Assembly: GCA_043228905.1 (NCBI GenBank)
Contig: JBHGNT010000021.1
Coordinates: 11,966,001 to 12,030,000, forward strand
Reading direction: 5' to 3'
From: Azolla caroliniana
Taxonomy: Eukaryota; Plantae; Polypodiophyta
DNA: 64,000 nucleotides
The position numbers and the translations under genes are program-made. Within the stretch, counting starts at the first letter, position 1. The number at the start of each line of letters is the position of its first letter. The notes below the pieces were generated by a model. That model saw nothing but the letters and a program-made list of their open reading frames with translations, was not told where the DNA came from and did not search any database. Shown piece by piece: positions 49,501 through 63,103 of the stretch.

Positions 49501-52500
49501 TTGAAGCGTAAATTGGATTACAAAGAGTAGGCTACAAAATGGCGTTGAACCAATTTAAGTTTGGGATGGGTGGTAGATCCCTATTTATAAGTAATAGAGA
49601 ACTCTCTAGAATATTCTAGGTTATCCTAGAGTGTAGAGTAATCTAGAAGATCTCTAGAGTATTCTAGAAGGTTCTAGTGGTATAGAACACTCTAGAATAT
49701 TCTAGGTCATTCTAGAATGTAGAGTAATATAGAATATTCCTATGATATTAGATTTCATATTCTAGAGACTATACATATAAGAATATTAATACAATGGTTA
49801 AGGATTTGACATGTGTACAACAAGGTCGTGGGTTCAAATCCTTTCGAGTCATAATGTGAGTGTCATGATCCTTTCGATGCATGATGTGACTGTTATCATG
49901 ACAGTCGTCATCGACAATGCCTCAGCCCAAAACTTCTTGGGCAGTTTTGCATGCGCCAGCATACTCCGGACCCTCTCCATTATGGTCTGGTTCATCCTCT
50001 CGGCCAGCCCATTTAGTTCCGGTGTCTTTGGCACGGTAAATTCGAGCCGAATTCCCTTTGAGCGACAGTACTCCTCGAACTGCCCCCGGTATTCACCTCC
50101 ATTATCTGCTCGAACCGCCTTCAGCTTCCGGTCGGTTTCTCTTTCCACTCTCGTGTGGAGCTCTTTGAAGACGGATAACACCTGATCCTTCATCTTCAAC
50201 GGTGTGGCCCACAACTTCCGGCTGTGGTCATCTATGAACGTCACGAAGTACTGCGATCCTGCATGTGACTTCGTGTCCACTTGACACACATCAGTATGCA
50301 CCAACTCCAGTGGTGCATTACGTCTCATCGGTGGCCTTGGTCGGAAGGAGGTCCGGTTTTGCTTACTGGCCAGACAATCAGTGCACTTCTCCAAGTGCAC
50401 GTTCTTCACTGGAATGAGGTTGTCGTCTGCAAGCCTCTTCATCCCCTTCTCGCTCATGTGACACAACCTTTTGTGCCACAGCTCACCGACAGTGTCGGAT
50501 GCCACGTTCACTTCCTCCGGACATAACCGGGCATTCATCAGGTACAATGTATTGACCTTCCAGGCGCGAGCCACAATCAGGCTTCCTTTGCTGAACTTCA
50601 TAACACCGTTTCGGATGCTACCCATGTAGCCGTCATCATCTAGCCGACCGGCTGATATCAGGTTCAGACGAACCTCTGGAACGTGTCAGACATCTTTCAG
50701 CAGCAGCTTGCATCCGGTTGGTGTTGTCAACCACACGTCTCCTATGCCAACAATTCGGCATGTACCTTCATTCCCCATCTGGACACAGCCGTGATCACCG
50801 GCTGAGTAGGATGAGAAGCAATTCCGGTCCGGGGTAAGGTGGAACGACGCTCCGGAGTTGACCACCCAGGTCATCTCGTCGCCGGCAAGGTTTATCTCAC
50901 TCTCCTCGGTGATGAGCATCAACTCTTCTTCACTTGCCGCGATTGCCGTTGTTCCCTTCCAGTCCGTTCCCCTCTGGTCTTTACCGTTCCGGTGCGGTGT
51001 CCGCTTCGAATCGGTACCGTCGGTTTCCTTGTCTTTACAGAAGTGTTGACAGTTCTTCTGGAAGTGTCCCGCCTTGCCGCAATAGAAGCAAGTAGGTCTC
51101 CCCCTTGACTTTGACCGTGTCCCCGACTTTTCCCGGTTCTAGGGGCTATAGTTTCTTTGTCTTCCGCGTTCTGATTCGGTAAGGAGCGCTTTGGAGTCGG
51201 AGCTCGTATCCTTATCTTTCCGACGCGCCTCCTCATCTAGCAAGCTCGACTTCACTCTTGCTAGGGATAACCGTTTCCCTTCCGGCCTAGCGTTGCCCAA
51301 GGTGACAACCAATGTCTCCCAGCTATCTGGGAGGGAACGGAGCAGGAGTAGTGTTAGTACCTCGTCGGTGAGAGGTACTTCCAATGATGTTGCCTGGTGG
51401 ATCAGCCCCTGGAAGGCATTCATGTGCTCCGCCATGCTGGAGCCATCTTGGTAGCGGAGTCTTACTAGCTTCCAGAATACCGAAACCTGATTAACAACAT
51501 TTTTGTTTTGAAACATAATGCCGATCTTCTCCCAGAGCTCATGAGCCTTGCTCTCTTTATTGAAGTTGTTGTATAGGCTCATGTCGATGAAGCACCGTAT
51601 GTACGTTGTTTTCTTCATGTGCATCACCTCCCATATCGCGGCGTCGATTTTGTGCGGTCTCTTGTCCCCGAACTGAACCAACAGCCAGAGGTCTTTAACC
51701 GCGAGCATGTCCCTCATCTTCGACTTCCACACCGAATAGTTGGAACCGGTGAGCTTGAACATGCCTCCCAATGAATTCTCCATTTTCTATGTCGTTTCGC
51801 TCTGATACCACTTGTCACGAACTGCACGCTCCGATGAACACCGCTCGGCCACAACCGAGTCTAAGATCAAACTCAGAAAACGGGAATGAATACACACGAC
51901 ACAAAGGAGAGAAGAGTACACAGGATGTTTAACGTGGAAAACCCTGAGAGGGAAAAACCACGGGAGTCTACAGACTCCAAACTATCACTATATCACAATG
52001 ATTACAACAGTGAGCTCATGGAGGCAACGGCCTCGCGCTCACGATCTTCGCCACAAGTGGCGGTTACAACAGAGGCAACGACCTCTCTCTCTCTCTCTCA
52101 CTCTTTGTACACTGTTTCGCGCTCACTAGGCTTGCGCCAACAAGAATGACAACAACATTTTATTGAGTTTGCCCTAAGTCATATTTATACTAATATGACT
52201 TTCCGGCTATTTACAAATATAGCCCCAATGGACTCTCAAAAACATATTTGCGAATATGTCCCTTCATCCGGTGAGCACTCCTCACCGGGCCTGCATCATC
52301 CGGCGCTTGCCGGGCACATGTCATCCAGTTCTCACCGGGTCTTCCGTTGCCGGGTACTCCAATCTAGTTCTCACCGGGTCTTCACCATCTGGCTCTTGCC
52401 AGGTACTTGTCATCCGGTTCTCACCGGGTCTTCCGTAGCCGGGTCTTCCACATCTGGTTTCGGCCTCGGCCGAGTTTGCTCATCAGTACTGTTCTTCTCA

Positions 52501-52531
52501 CTTCCCATTTGGAGGGACATGTTTCCTAACA
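46543..52531 (-). mobile_element. Full-length decayed Ty1/copia element; LTRs 46543-47250 and 51813-52531
   Basis: TSD CACAC on both sides; PBS TGGTATCAGAGC (tRNA-iMet); PPT AGGGGGAGTT; gag ORF 51783-51139; PR WVVNSGASFH, IN, RT and RH ORF fragments. Confidence 0.95.
49433..49903. repeat. Solo LTR (471 bp) inserted in the copia integrase
   Basis: TGTCA..TGACA termini with TSD GTCGT. Removing it rejoins FWAEALSMTT-TYVINRSP. Confidence 0.9.
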
Positions 52532-52574
52532 CACACAAGATGAACACACAAGGGGACGAAGAACATACATTCAC

Positions 52575-53615
52575 GAATGCACGTACGCCTTGATGAGCAG
52601 GAGAGGTGCATGGGCACGCCCGAACGCTCCCTCGTCACAAGATGACCAAATGTACAAGAAAGACACAAAACACACACACAAATGGTTGTACACCTTTATG
52701 AGAAGGAGAGGTGCATGGGCAAGCCCGAAACACTCCCTTGTGACAAGGTGGACGAACGTACAAGGAAGACACAAAACACTTGCACAAATGCTCTTACGCC
52801 TTTACGAGGAGGAGAGGTGGGTGCATGGGCACACCACGAAACAGTCCCTCATCACAAGACCGTCGAACGTACAAGGAAAACACAAAACACACGCACAAAT
52901 GCTCGTATGCCTTTATGAGGAGGAGAGGTGCATAGCACGCTTGAAACGCTCCCTCGTCATTTAAGACGGCTGAAAGTACAAGTCACAAAACACATGCACA
53001 AATGCTCATACACCTTTATGAGGAGGAGAGGTGCATGGGCACGCCACGAAACGCTCCCTCATCACAAGACAGACGAATGTACAAGGAAGACACAAAACAC
53101 ACGCACAAATGCTCGTACGCCTTTATGAGGAGGAGAGGTGCATGGGCATGCCCAAAACGCTCCCTTGTCACAAGATAACCGAACGTGCAAGGAAGACACA
53201 AAACGCACACACAAATGTTCGTACACCTTTATGAGAAGGAGAGGTGCATGGGCATGCCCGAAACACTCCCTCGTGACAAGGCGGTCGAACGTACAAGGAA
53301 GACACACACACGCACAAATGCTTGTACGCCTTTATGAGGAGGAGAGGTGCATGGGCACGCCCGAAACGCTCCCTCGTCACAAGACGACCAAACGTACAAG
53401 GAAGATACAACACAAAAGACACACACAAATGCTCGTACGCCTTTATGAGGAAGAGAGGTGCATGGGCAAGCCCGTAAAACTCCCTCGTCACAAGACAGCT
53501 GAACGTATAAGGAAGACACAAAACACACACACAAATGATGGTACGCCTTTATGAGGAGAGGTGCATGGGCAAGCCCGAAATGCTTCCTCGTCACAAGACA
53601 GTCGAATGTACAAGG
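52575..53615. repeat. Tandem array of ~10 x ~105-bp units inside a larger LTR-like sequence that starts at ~46307
   Basis: Unit CACAAATGCTCGTACGCCTTTATGAGGAGGAGAGGTGCATGGGCACGCCCGAAACGCTCCCTCGTCACAAGAC.... Two more diverged units lie at ~45505-45690. Confidence 0.9.
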
Positions 53616-54249
53616 GGACGAGAATAAAGAAAGGAAGAAAAACACGAATGATATTGGCTAAAGAAATAAATATGGGTTCGATTCCAACACAAGAGTGCCC
53701 TTTATTAAATAGGGTTTGATTACAAAGTGGCGACTTCTAGTTAGCCACAAGTTCAACAAAACACAAATAGTGAATGCCCTTCGAGACAAGAGTAAATCTA
53801 AACACCGAACACGAACATGAAGAAGATGAGTGCACGAGCAAACGAGCACCACAACAAAATGCTGACCCCAATGAGCCATGACCACGACCAACCGAACGGC
53901 GAGCACACGGGCTCGCAACGACGAACGGGGGAGCAACACCGAACCAACAAGGGTCGACCTCGCGATCACCGCAAATGACCCGAACACTTCGAGCATCAAC
54001 ACGAAGAAGACGAGCACGTGGTGATGAGGGGATAAAGGGGTATGAGATGAAGAAAAATGGTGAAGATGAAGATGAAGAGCTCCGAAAGAAAAATGGCGAT
54101 AGCCTCCTCCTCCCAAAAAGTCCTCCCAAAAAGTCCTCCCCCAAATGAGCCCCCCTCGACCTCCTTTTATAGGAAAAAAGAGGAAGGAGGGGTCGCCACA
54201 TTCATCTTTAATGCAAAAGGAATAAAATTCCTTAAATCACGCTACATTG

Positions 54250-56720
54250 CCATACCGGATTTGAACCATCCATCTTTACCTAGGAGTCAATATGTCTATC
54301 CACTAGCCCATTAACTCTCTATTATAACAAGTTGTGTTGATTGTCGAGACTGTTATCACACACAATCACCCAATCTCCTTCTTCGATCTTGTAAAAAGTA
54401 ACGTGCGGAAGCAAGTATGAAGACCGAATAGAAGGAAGAAAACTCAGGTTTAATGGAGAGATTGAGCTTATGCAGTATACGCGGGAGAGATAGAGAGAGT
54501 GAGAGAGAGAAAACACAAGAACTATATTCAACAAAAAACAATCTCTATTCACCACACTCTATACATATGTGTGTTCAATGAACACTTTTATACAAGTCCT
54601 AGAAGGACTAACAGAAGTATTGACAGTACTTCAATGCTCATTGAGAGCTCCTACACTAACTCCCAAATATATTCCTCACGGAATATCTTTCTTAACGGCC
54701 TCCTAATTTCCGCACCGATCCGGCCCTACCTATGCACCGGTCTGCGTACCGGTTTACGCACTCGGCCTAACCGATCGGTCCCAACCGATCCGGTCCTCGG
54801 CTTCTTCAGTCGATCCGGCCAATGTTGAGCTTGTCTCTCAACAGATCTCTCGAGGACGTAGTCGTTGTGTCTTGTCGAATCGAGCTTTGTTATGTAGCCT
54901 AGCCGATTCTAACCCCTCCTTCGCCAACTCCAAGTTTTCAGGTCTTCTCTTGAGTTGCCTTATCCTTGTTGCTAGAAGCTCTCGTTTTCCCATGGCATCG
55001 CTACCCATGACACGATCGAGTCTTCAATGGGCATCACCAGCTTTTGTCTGTACATGAGTTTAGCCAGCATGAACCCTGTAACTGAACTATGAGTGGTCAT
55101 GTCGGCCCATAAGGCATAAGGTAGTAACCGAGGCCAATTCCTGACTTGCCCATCGAAACCAGATCCACCATCCATTTGAAGTGTATGGTGAGTGGGTAGG
55201 TCGGGTGCAACTCGTCCCTATGGCGTATGTTCGAGTGTATCTTGCAGCTTTCACATGTCCCCATGAAATGGGCGACATCCATGTACATTATCGGCCACCA
55301 ATACTTCTCCTTTAACTTCTCGAACGTTTCCCACGTTCCCCTATGGCCTGCCCAAGGACTCTCGTGGAACTCAAACATCAATATTGTCTCTTGATGACCT
55401 CTCGTTGTGGCATCCCTGTTCTTCTCTTTTGGTGCTTCCAGAGGAATCCCCCTCGCAGGAAGTACTTGTACGCTTTCTTTCGGACTCTCTGTGCTTCCTC
55501 CTTCGACCATGAACTATCCACCGTCATTGAGCTTAAGAACTTGCCAATGTGTAGCCACTCCCCATCGTATTCACTTTCGTTGAAGGCGTGGAGTAGTCAT
55601 ACATCTCGATCATCTATAGATGCTTGGGGCATCTTAAAGAAGTCAAGAGCAACGTCCTCATCTTCAAACACCTTGTCGCTTTCACCCTCGAATCTTTCCC
55701 TCAATAACATATCTACCATGACATTGTTCTTCCCTAAAATATGGCAAATCTCCAGGTTCATTGATTTGATGTAAGCAATCCATCTTAGCATAGCTAAGTC
55801 AGGTGTTGCACATCTTGATACCATCCCTAGGATTGGAAGACCATCCGTCTCTATTACCACCTCCGACCCGATTAGGTAATCTTTATCCGCCTTCATAGCG
55901 GACACAATACCCCAAAGCTCACGTTTTACTTTGTCGTATCCTCGTTGTTGCTCGCTTAAGACCTTGGCTCTTCATCGTCTCTGTGTGCTCTTTCTCCCAC
56001 TTGACCATCCACCCCTCCTTGAGTAGCCAATACAAAGGCTCAGCTAGGTGAGCTTAGTGCGGGATCCAAATGTGGTACAATGCATAGGCACCAAGAAATC
56101 GCCTCACCTTTGTCTGTGATTTACATTCTTCCCTCATGTTTGTGATGGTGTCCACCTTTGTTGGGGATGGCTTCCGACTGTACACCCCGTACAAGTGTCC
56201 CACTACAAGAATCTCCGGTTGGCCGAATGTCGATTTCTCGCCCGAGAAGGTCAAGCGCACATCTTCGAGTCTTTGTAGAACCTTCTCGCAATTGGAGAAG
56301 TGATCTACCACAAAACGTCTATGCCCATCCTCATCCAAGGTTTCATCTTTCTCTGCTTCCGAGCACCCTTTTATGGGGATGTCATTGAGGAATGGCATGG
56401 CGATGTCCGGGATGCAATCTCTCAATACCTTGGTCATTGCATTTACCATGTGGGCCACAGAGTTAGTGCCTACTTGTGGCAAGGTACGCATTAACATTAG
56501 ACCGATAGGTTTTCGCATCGTCGTGATATCCCTGCTCTCTACGGCTAGCTGGAATTGATCATACCCCGATTATAGATCACCAATCTAATAAATAGAACAT
56601 CCAGTGAAGGCCTCGACGAATTCTTCAACGCTCGACCCGACCCCCACATTTCAAATTGTCACTTGATTAACAGGTTGTAGGTCTTGGATGAAGTGTAAGG
56701 TGTCGTTCATCTTTGGTGTT
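54250..56720 (-). pseudogene. Older decayed gypsy pol (same lineage as 36870-43907)
   Basis: LPQVGTNSVAHM, MKADKDYLIG, ESPWAGHRGTW, EEGDWVIVCDNSLDNQH; many stops and deletions. Confidence 0.85.
54390..54843. repeat. Solo LTR (454 bp, copia-type) inside the gypsy integrase remnant
   Basis: TG..CA termini with TSD GATCT. The end TTGAGCTTGTCTCTCAACA resembles the LTR terminus at ~27497-27515. Confidence 0.8.
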
Positions 56721-57279
56721 GTAGGTTTTACGGTTAGGGTTAAGGATGATGATAATCATGATAAAGATAGACATGGTGGTTATGATGATGATGGAGAGTA
56801 TGGGATTGATGGCGAAAGAGATCATGTGCATTGACAAGCATTGCGGGGTGGGGGGTGGTGCCTAGAATGGCTCCACCCCCCTCCCAAGGGGGTTCAACGT
56901 TAAGGAGAGGGAAGAGAGAGAGAGAGAGATGAAAAGAGAGATAGATAGAGAGAAATGATTCATTCATTCATTCATTCATTCCCCATAAAGGGGTTAAATA
57001 ATACAAGAGGGGGTAGATACAAAGGGGTGTAAGCCCCCTAGAGCATTCATATTGGACACTCACTCACACCTCATCGTATCCCTCCACATGCACACACGTG
57101 TGCATGTGTTCACATACATATCGACTCACAATTACATTTATGTTCCCTACACATATACAACATCATCATGATAATATTCGACCCTCACTCATCACATTTG
57201 ACTCTCCGTACAGCTCGTACGGGGTAACACAATATGGCACGCCCGTGGGAAAGTGCCTTGCACGTCGATCCCACATCCC

Positions 57280-59890
57280 TTGATTATGATATCTCTTCGA
57301 CCGGAACTTCCATCGGTCCTTTCAACGATCGACTCCCTCGATCGGAGCGCTTGACTCGATCATCTCCATCGGTCAGCGACTTTTCCGCGACACGAACATT
57401 CTCGTTCTGTCGACTTATGATATTTGGTAACATCAACGATCGACTCCCTCGATCGGAGCGCTTGACTCGAACATCTCCGTCGGTCAGCGACTCTTCTGCG
57501 ACACGAACATTCCCATTCTGTTGGTTCACGAACTTCGGTAACATCATTTGGGTCGTCAAAAAAATGTTGTATGTATGTGTGTTCCTTTTGTTGATTTTGT
57601 AAGTTGTGTGTCAATCGCGTCCATTTCTTTTAGGTTCATGAGTTTTCGACATTTCGTAGGTGCCCTTTGATTTTTTTAAATTTTGACAATGCCATCATGT
57701 TTTTCGAAATTCTTCGAATGCCCTTAGGTTTTCAAAACTCCTCGAATGCCCCTTATCATTCTCTTTTTCCCTCTTTTTCCTTTTCTTGTTTCCTTCTTTT
57801 TCTCTTGCTTCTGTCGTTTCCCTCCTTTCTATCTGTCTGGCTGATTGTCTTCTCCGATTCCTTCCTTCTTCTTCTTCTTGATTTCTTCTTCTTCAACGTC
57901 TCTTTCTTTGTGTTCTCTAGTATTCTTCTCTTGCGTGCTTCCTTCTTCCATCTTCTTGGTGTTAAACTCTGCTTCTTCTCCTTATTCTGACATTCTTTTC
58001 CTCTTCTTCCTCATTTGGTTCTTCTTGTTTTCTTCTGTAGTTCTTCTTCCGTTCCTTTCCAGAATTTGTCTTTTTCTGCATTTCTCGTTTCTTTCCATTT
58101 TCTGGTCTGTTCCTTGTCTTCTATACTCTGCACTTCCTTCTCTGTGTGTTCTAGTTCCTTCTTCTATGTCATTTCGCGTCATTTCTTCCTGCGCTCGTCG
58201 ACCTGCTGTCCGTCGTTGTCATCGTCTCTATCGCTTTTAGGTGTCGATGTCCCATCGTCTAGCCGTTGTCGTTGCCCTGGCTGTGCATTTCGGCCGTAGT
58301 CTCCGTTGCTCTTCGTCTCTGTCCGGCCATCGTCCCGTTGTCTTCGTCGTTGTCCGGCGGCGTCCGGACCGGCCTCCTCTGTTTCAGCGCCGTTCGGCCA
58401 CTACGACCGCTGTCGCGATATTACGCAAGTGCGTATAGAAACGAGGCGGGACCGCGGGGGTCTTGAACCGAAGAGCAAGCGAGGGTGGAGAAAGAGAGAG
58501 GACCGGTTACGCAGGACCGGGGATACACAGGGACACGGCCCTTCAACACAGAGAACGCGAATAGACGCCAACACAGGTAGACGCAAACAAACGAATATAT
58601 ATATAAGCAAATATCTGATCAAGAAGCTACAACCCGCGATGGGGCACAGGATGGTTACAACCGAACAGGCCGGCGAACAGATGCCGATGCCTGTTCGCTG
58701 CGTCGCACAAAAGGGAGCAGGTCGGAGGTGCTGCCGGAAGCACTCGGGCGTTCCTCGAAACAGCGCGAGCCTCCTCGAAAACCTGCACAGGAAAAGCTAT
58801 GGAGAAAAAGGGAAGGAGAACGGAGAGAGAAGCGTCCAGAATCGGTCCGACAGCACTTCGTCCTCTCCGCGCGATCCTTTGTGTCTCCCCGTCCTCCTCC
58901 TTTTATCGGTCAAGAAGGAGCCGTTCGGCATTAAATTCCCACCTACCGTATCTAACCACTTCGATCCTCCTAGGTACCTAATTCGCCTCTATGTACAACT
59001 TGGCGCGCACGTGCGTGAAGAGCCGGTTCCCACGCCTTGGTGCCCCAATTCCACCCTTGGACGGTTTTCTTCACGACACCGCTCTTAGGTCGCTCTCCGT
59101 CCTCTCCTCCGTCTCAGTCGGTGTCCGGTCGTCGTCATCATCTTCCGACCGTGCGTTTGGTTCGTTGTCTCGGCCGTTTGTCTGTTTCTCCGGCCTTGTC
59201 TTGCCCTCGGTCGCACCGACTGCTCCATCCATTGTCCAGCTATTCGGCCGGTTTCCGAACATTCCGGTCAATCCTTCCACTCTTCGGCCGCAGGCTCTCT
59301 TAACCGCCGCCTAGTCGGTCGTCAGCCCGTCTTCGGTTTCCAGCAGGGCACCCACGTGATCCCGATCCCGCTCGTCCACCGACTTGACGAACAGTAGGAC
59401 CCGGCTTGTATCCAGGATCGTTCGGTCAAGCGTCGAAAGGCGCGCAAAGTTTTCCTCAAACTCCCGGAGGAGTGCCGACGCGTTTCTTCCCTTCCCGGGG
59501 GACTCCACTCATTCCATGAAGCTTCGTTTCGAAAGCCGGAGCGCGTCGTCCAGCCCGTATTTCTCTAGGAGCCGACCTTCGAACTCCTCCCAGGTACGGC
59601 TCTCCACCCGCACCTCGAGCACCTCCGCATGGATGCTCGGCATCGTCACTCGAGGAAATCCGGCAAGACGCCTTTCTTCCGGAATGTCCCGCATCAGCAT
59701 CTCTGCACCGTAGGACGCCAAGTACTTCGTGGCATCCTTTCTGCTGAATCGACCGATTGTACCGACGACCGCCTCAATGGCTCTGTCGAGGGCGCCGGAG
59801 CCCTCGCGTGCGTTTACTAACCGGTCAACGGCCGAAGCCATGGCCTCTGCAAGATCCGATCCCCTCATTTCCTGCTCTTCTGCCGCCTCT
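57280..59890 (-). pseudogene. Gypsy gag region (K/E/R-rich, 111-bp tandem duplication at ~57323-57545), interrupted by a solo LTR
   Basis: MRGSDLAEAMASAVDR..LRLSKR matches the gag of the first gypsy element. tRNA-Trp PBS at 59891-59908. Confidence 0.7.
58411..59078. repeat. Solo gypsy LTR (668 bp) with 4-bp TSD CCGC
   Basis: TGTCGCG..CACGACA termini; CCGC on both sides; almost identical to 59912-60581. Confidence 0.85.
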
Positions 59891-59911
59891 TTCATGTCGG
59901 GTTCACCAAGA

Positions 59912-60581
59912 TGTCGCGATATTACGCAAGTGCGTATAGAAACGAGGCGGGACCGCGGGGGTCTTGAACCGAAGAGCAAGCGAGGGTGGAGAAAGAGAGA
60001 GGACCGGTTACGCAGGACCGGGGATACACAGGGACACGGCCCTTCAACACAGAGAACGCGAATAGACGCCAACACAGGTAGACGCAAACAAACGAATATA
60101 TATATATAAGCAAATATCTGATCAAGAAGCTACAACCCGCGATGGGGCACAGGATGGTTACAACCGAACAGGCCGGCGAACAGATGCCGATGCCTGTTCG
60201 CTGCGTCGCACAAAAGGGAGCAGGTCGGAGGTGTTGCCGGAAGCACTCGGGCGTTCCTCGAAACAGCGCGAGCCTCCTCGAAAACCTGCACAGGAAAAGC
60301 TATGGAGAAAAAGGGAAGGAGAACGGAGAGAGAAGCGTCCAGAATCGGTCCGACAGCACTTCGTCCTCTCCGCGCGATCCTTTGTGTCTCCCCGTCCTCC
60401 TCCTTTTATCGGTCAAGAAGGAGCCGTTCGGCATTAAATTCCCACCTACCGTATCTAACCACTTCGATCCTCCTAGGTACCTAATTCGCCTCTATGTACA
60501 ACTTGGCGCGCACGTGCGTGAAGAGCCGGTTCCCACGCCTTGGTGCCCCAATTCCACCCTTGGACGGTTTTCTTCACGACA
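59912..60581. repeat. Gypsy LTR (670 bp) with a PBS on one side and a PPT on the other
   Basis: PBS TTCATGTCGGGTTCACCA on the left; PPT TCCGCCCCCACC (+ strand) on the right. Confidence 0.9.
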
Positions 60582-63103
60582 TCCGCCCCCACCTAACCGC
60601 GCATCCACCGGTATGCGCCAAATTAAGTTGGGACGGAGAAAACCGGCCCGCCTTCACTCTTCGCCCATCGGTCCTTCCTCGGTCTCGAACCGGTCGTCGC
60701 TGCTGTCCAGGAGAACCGGGTCTGGCTCGTCGTCGTGTCGCTTCTTGAAGGCTTTGATCCTCTTTCCAGCCACGGGTATCGCCATTCTCGTGCCGTCGAG
60801 TTCCGCCAGGTGATACGTCCCGTTGTCGTTGGCGCTTTGTACCGCGTACGGCCCAAACCATCTCCGCGCGAACTTCCGTGTAGCCCGGTGCTGGTTGTCG
60901 AGGCTGCTGTCGTAGACAAGCACCCAGTCACCTTCCTCGATCTTCTTCGGTCGGAGCCGGTGCGTTCGGTCGAACCTGGCTTTGTTCTTTGTCCTCGCCA
61001 CCCGGAGCTTCTCCGCAGCCAGCTCCACGTCCTCCGGTCTCCGCTCGAGTTGTCGTATACGCGCGGCCAACAACTCCTCCCGGCTCATCTCGTCCCTCCA
61101 GTCGACCGTTGCCCATGAGGAGATCGTCCGTTCCATCGGCATGATCGGCTTCTGGCCGAACATGAGCTCCGTCGGCATGTACCCGGTTGCCGAACTGTGC
61201 GTAGTCCGGTCTGCCCACAAAGCATAAGGTAGCAGCCGCGGCCAGTTACCGACTTGGCCTCCGCATGCCCGAACCAGCGCCTTGACGATCAGCCTGTGTC
61301 TGTGCTCCACCTTTCCATTAGCCTCCGGATTGTACGCAGTGGTGAGCGAGAGCTTGACTCCCAGCCGGTCGAACAGCTCCGCGGCTTCTTCGGCGTCCAA
61401 CTCCCCTCGGTCAGCCACGATCTTCCCGACGCACCCGTACCGGCATATCACGTCCTCGATTAGGAACCGACATACGGCCGCGGTCGTTTTGTTCTGAAGG
61501 GCCCGGCCTTCCACCGGTTCGTCAGATCCTCCCGTGCTAGGACCAGATACCGCATCTGTCCTACCCCCATTGGCATCGTCACCAAATCTACCATCCATTT
61601 GAAGTGGATGGTCGGAGGGTACGTAGGGTGAAGCTCGTCCCGGTGTCGGACTACGGAGTGCATCTGACAGTTTTCGCAAGTCGTCACGAACCGACGCACG
61701 TCTCGGTACAATCCCGGCCACCAGTACTTCCCCTTTAGTTTCTCGAACGTGGCCCACGTTCCACGGTGTCCAGCCCAAGGGCTGTCGTGGTAGGCCGCCA
61801 GCAGCTCCTCCTGTTCTTCCTTCATCGCCACCACCCGGAGCGGGACGCCGCTCCTCTTCTTCGGGTGTTTCCATAGATAGCCATCCCGGAGAAAGAACCG
61901 GTACGCTTTCTTCCGGATCCGGTTGGCCTCGTCTTTCGTCCATGATGCATCCGGCGCCATTGTCCTCAAGAACCCGCCGATCCGCAGCCACTCCCCGTCG
62001 TACTTGCTCGCGTCGAAGTCGTTAAGCGCCGGAGTTCTCGTCCCGTCTGTTGTTACGTATGTTGCCTCGAAGAAGTCCACGCCGACCTCTTCGTCCTCCG
62101 AAACCATGCCGCCCTCGTCATCGAACCTCGCCCTCGAAAGCATGTCGGCCATGGCGTTGTCTTTTCCGGAAATGTGTCGTATTTCCGGGTCCAGGGACTT
62201 GATGTACGCTATCCACCAGAGCATCGCCAGGTCCGGTGTCGCGCATCGGGAAACCATGCCGAGAATCGGCAGGCAATCCGTCTCGATAATCACTTCTATC
62301 CCGATCAGATAGTCTTTGTCGGCCTTTACCGCCGAAACGATACCCCAGAGTTCGCGTTTAACCTGGGCGTATCCTCGCTGCCGCTCACTGAGGATTTTCG
62401 CGCCGAATCGGATCGGAAACCGATTGCCGTCCTCGTCTTGTTGGTTGACGACCCACCCGATTCCGGTCGGACTCGTGTCAACCGTTATGTATACTGGGGT
62501 GCCCTTCTTGTAGACGGCCTTCCGGAGCGCCGGTGCTACCGAAAGAGCCTCCTTCAGCTTCCGGACCGACTCCGTGTGCTCGTCAAGCCATTCGAACCTT
62601 CGCCCTTTCTTCAGCAACCCGTACAGCGGCTCCGCGACGTGTGCGTAATGCGGGACCCATATGTGGTAGAACGCGCATGCTCCCAAGAATCTTCGTACTT
62701 CCGTGACCGAGCTGAAGTCGGGCTTCATCGCGGAGATGGCTTCTACCTTTGCCGGAGACAGTTTCCGGCCATATGGCCCACATAAGTGTCCGACCACCAT
62801 GATTTCCGACTGCCCGAAGGCTGATTTCTCCCCCGAGAAGGTGAGCCTCGCATCCTCTAGCCTTCGCAGCACCTTCTCGCAGTCGTCGATGTGCGTCGCC
62901 ACGAATCGCCGGCATCCGTCCGGCCCGATCGTCTCGTCCTTCTCTGCTACCGGGCATCCCTTGATCGGGATGTCGTCCAGAAACGGCATGGTGATGTCCG
63001 GGATGCAGTCCCTCAGAACCTTGTTCATCGCATTCACCATGTGGGCCACCGAGTTGGTCCCTCCTTGCGGCAGCGTACACATCCGCACTAGGCCGAGGGG
63101 AGT
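60582..63103 (-). mobile_element. Gypsy pol (RT-RNase H-integrase), one frameshift near 61515, interrupted by a copia at 63104
   Basis: ORFs 61460..63088 and 60654..61991: PQGGTNS, FLDD, VDTSPTG, GHRGTW, FGPY. Confidence 0.92.

Noticed and set aside
52590-53645. Repetitive 60-140-aa ORFs
   Set aside because: Products of the 105-bp tandem repeat; open in multiple frames on both strands.
56720-57151. Solo LTR TGTAGG...CCTACA
   Set aside because: The termini look LTR-like, but the flanks (GGTGT vs CATAT) give no TSD, so boundaries could not be supported.
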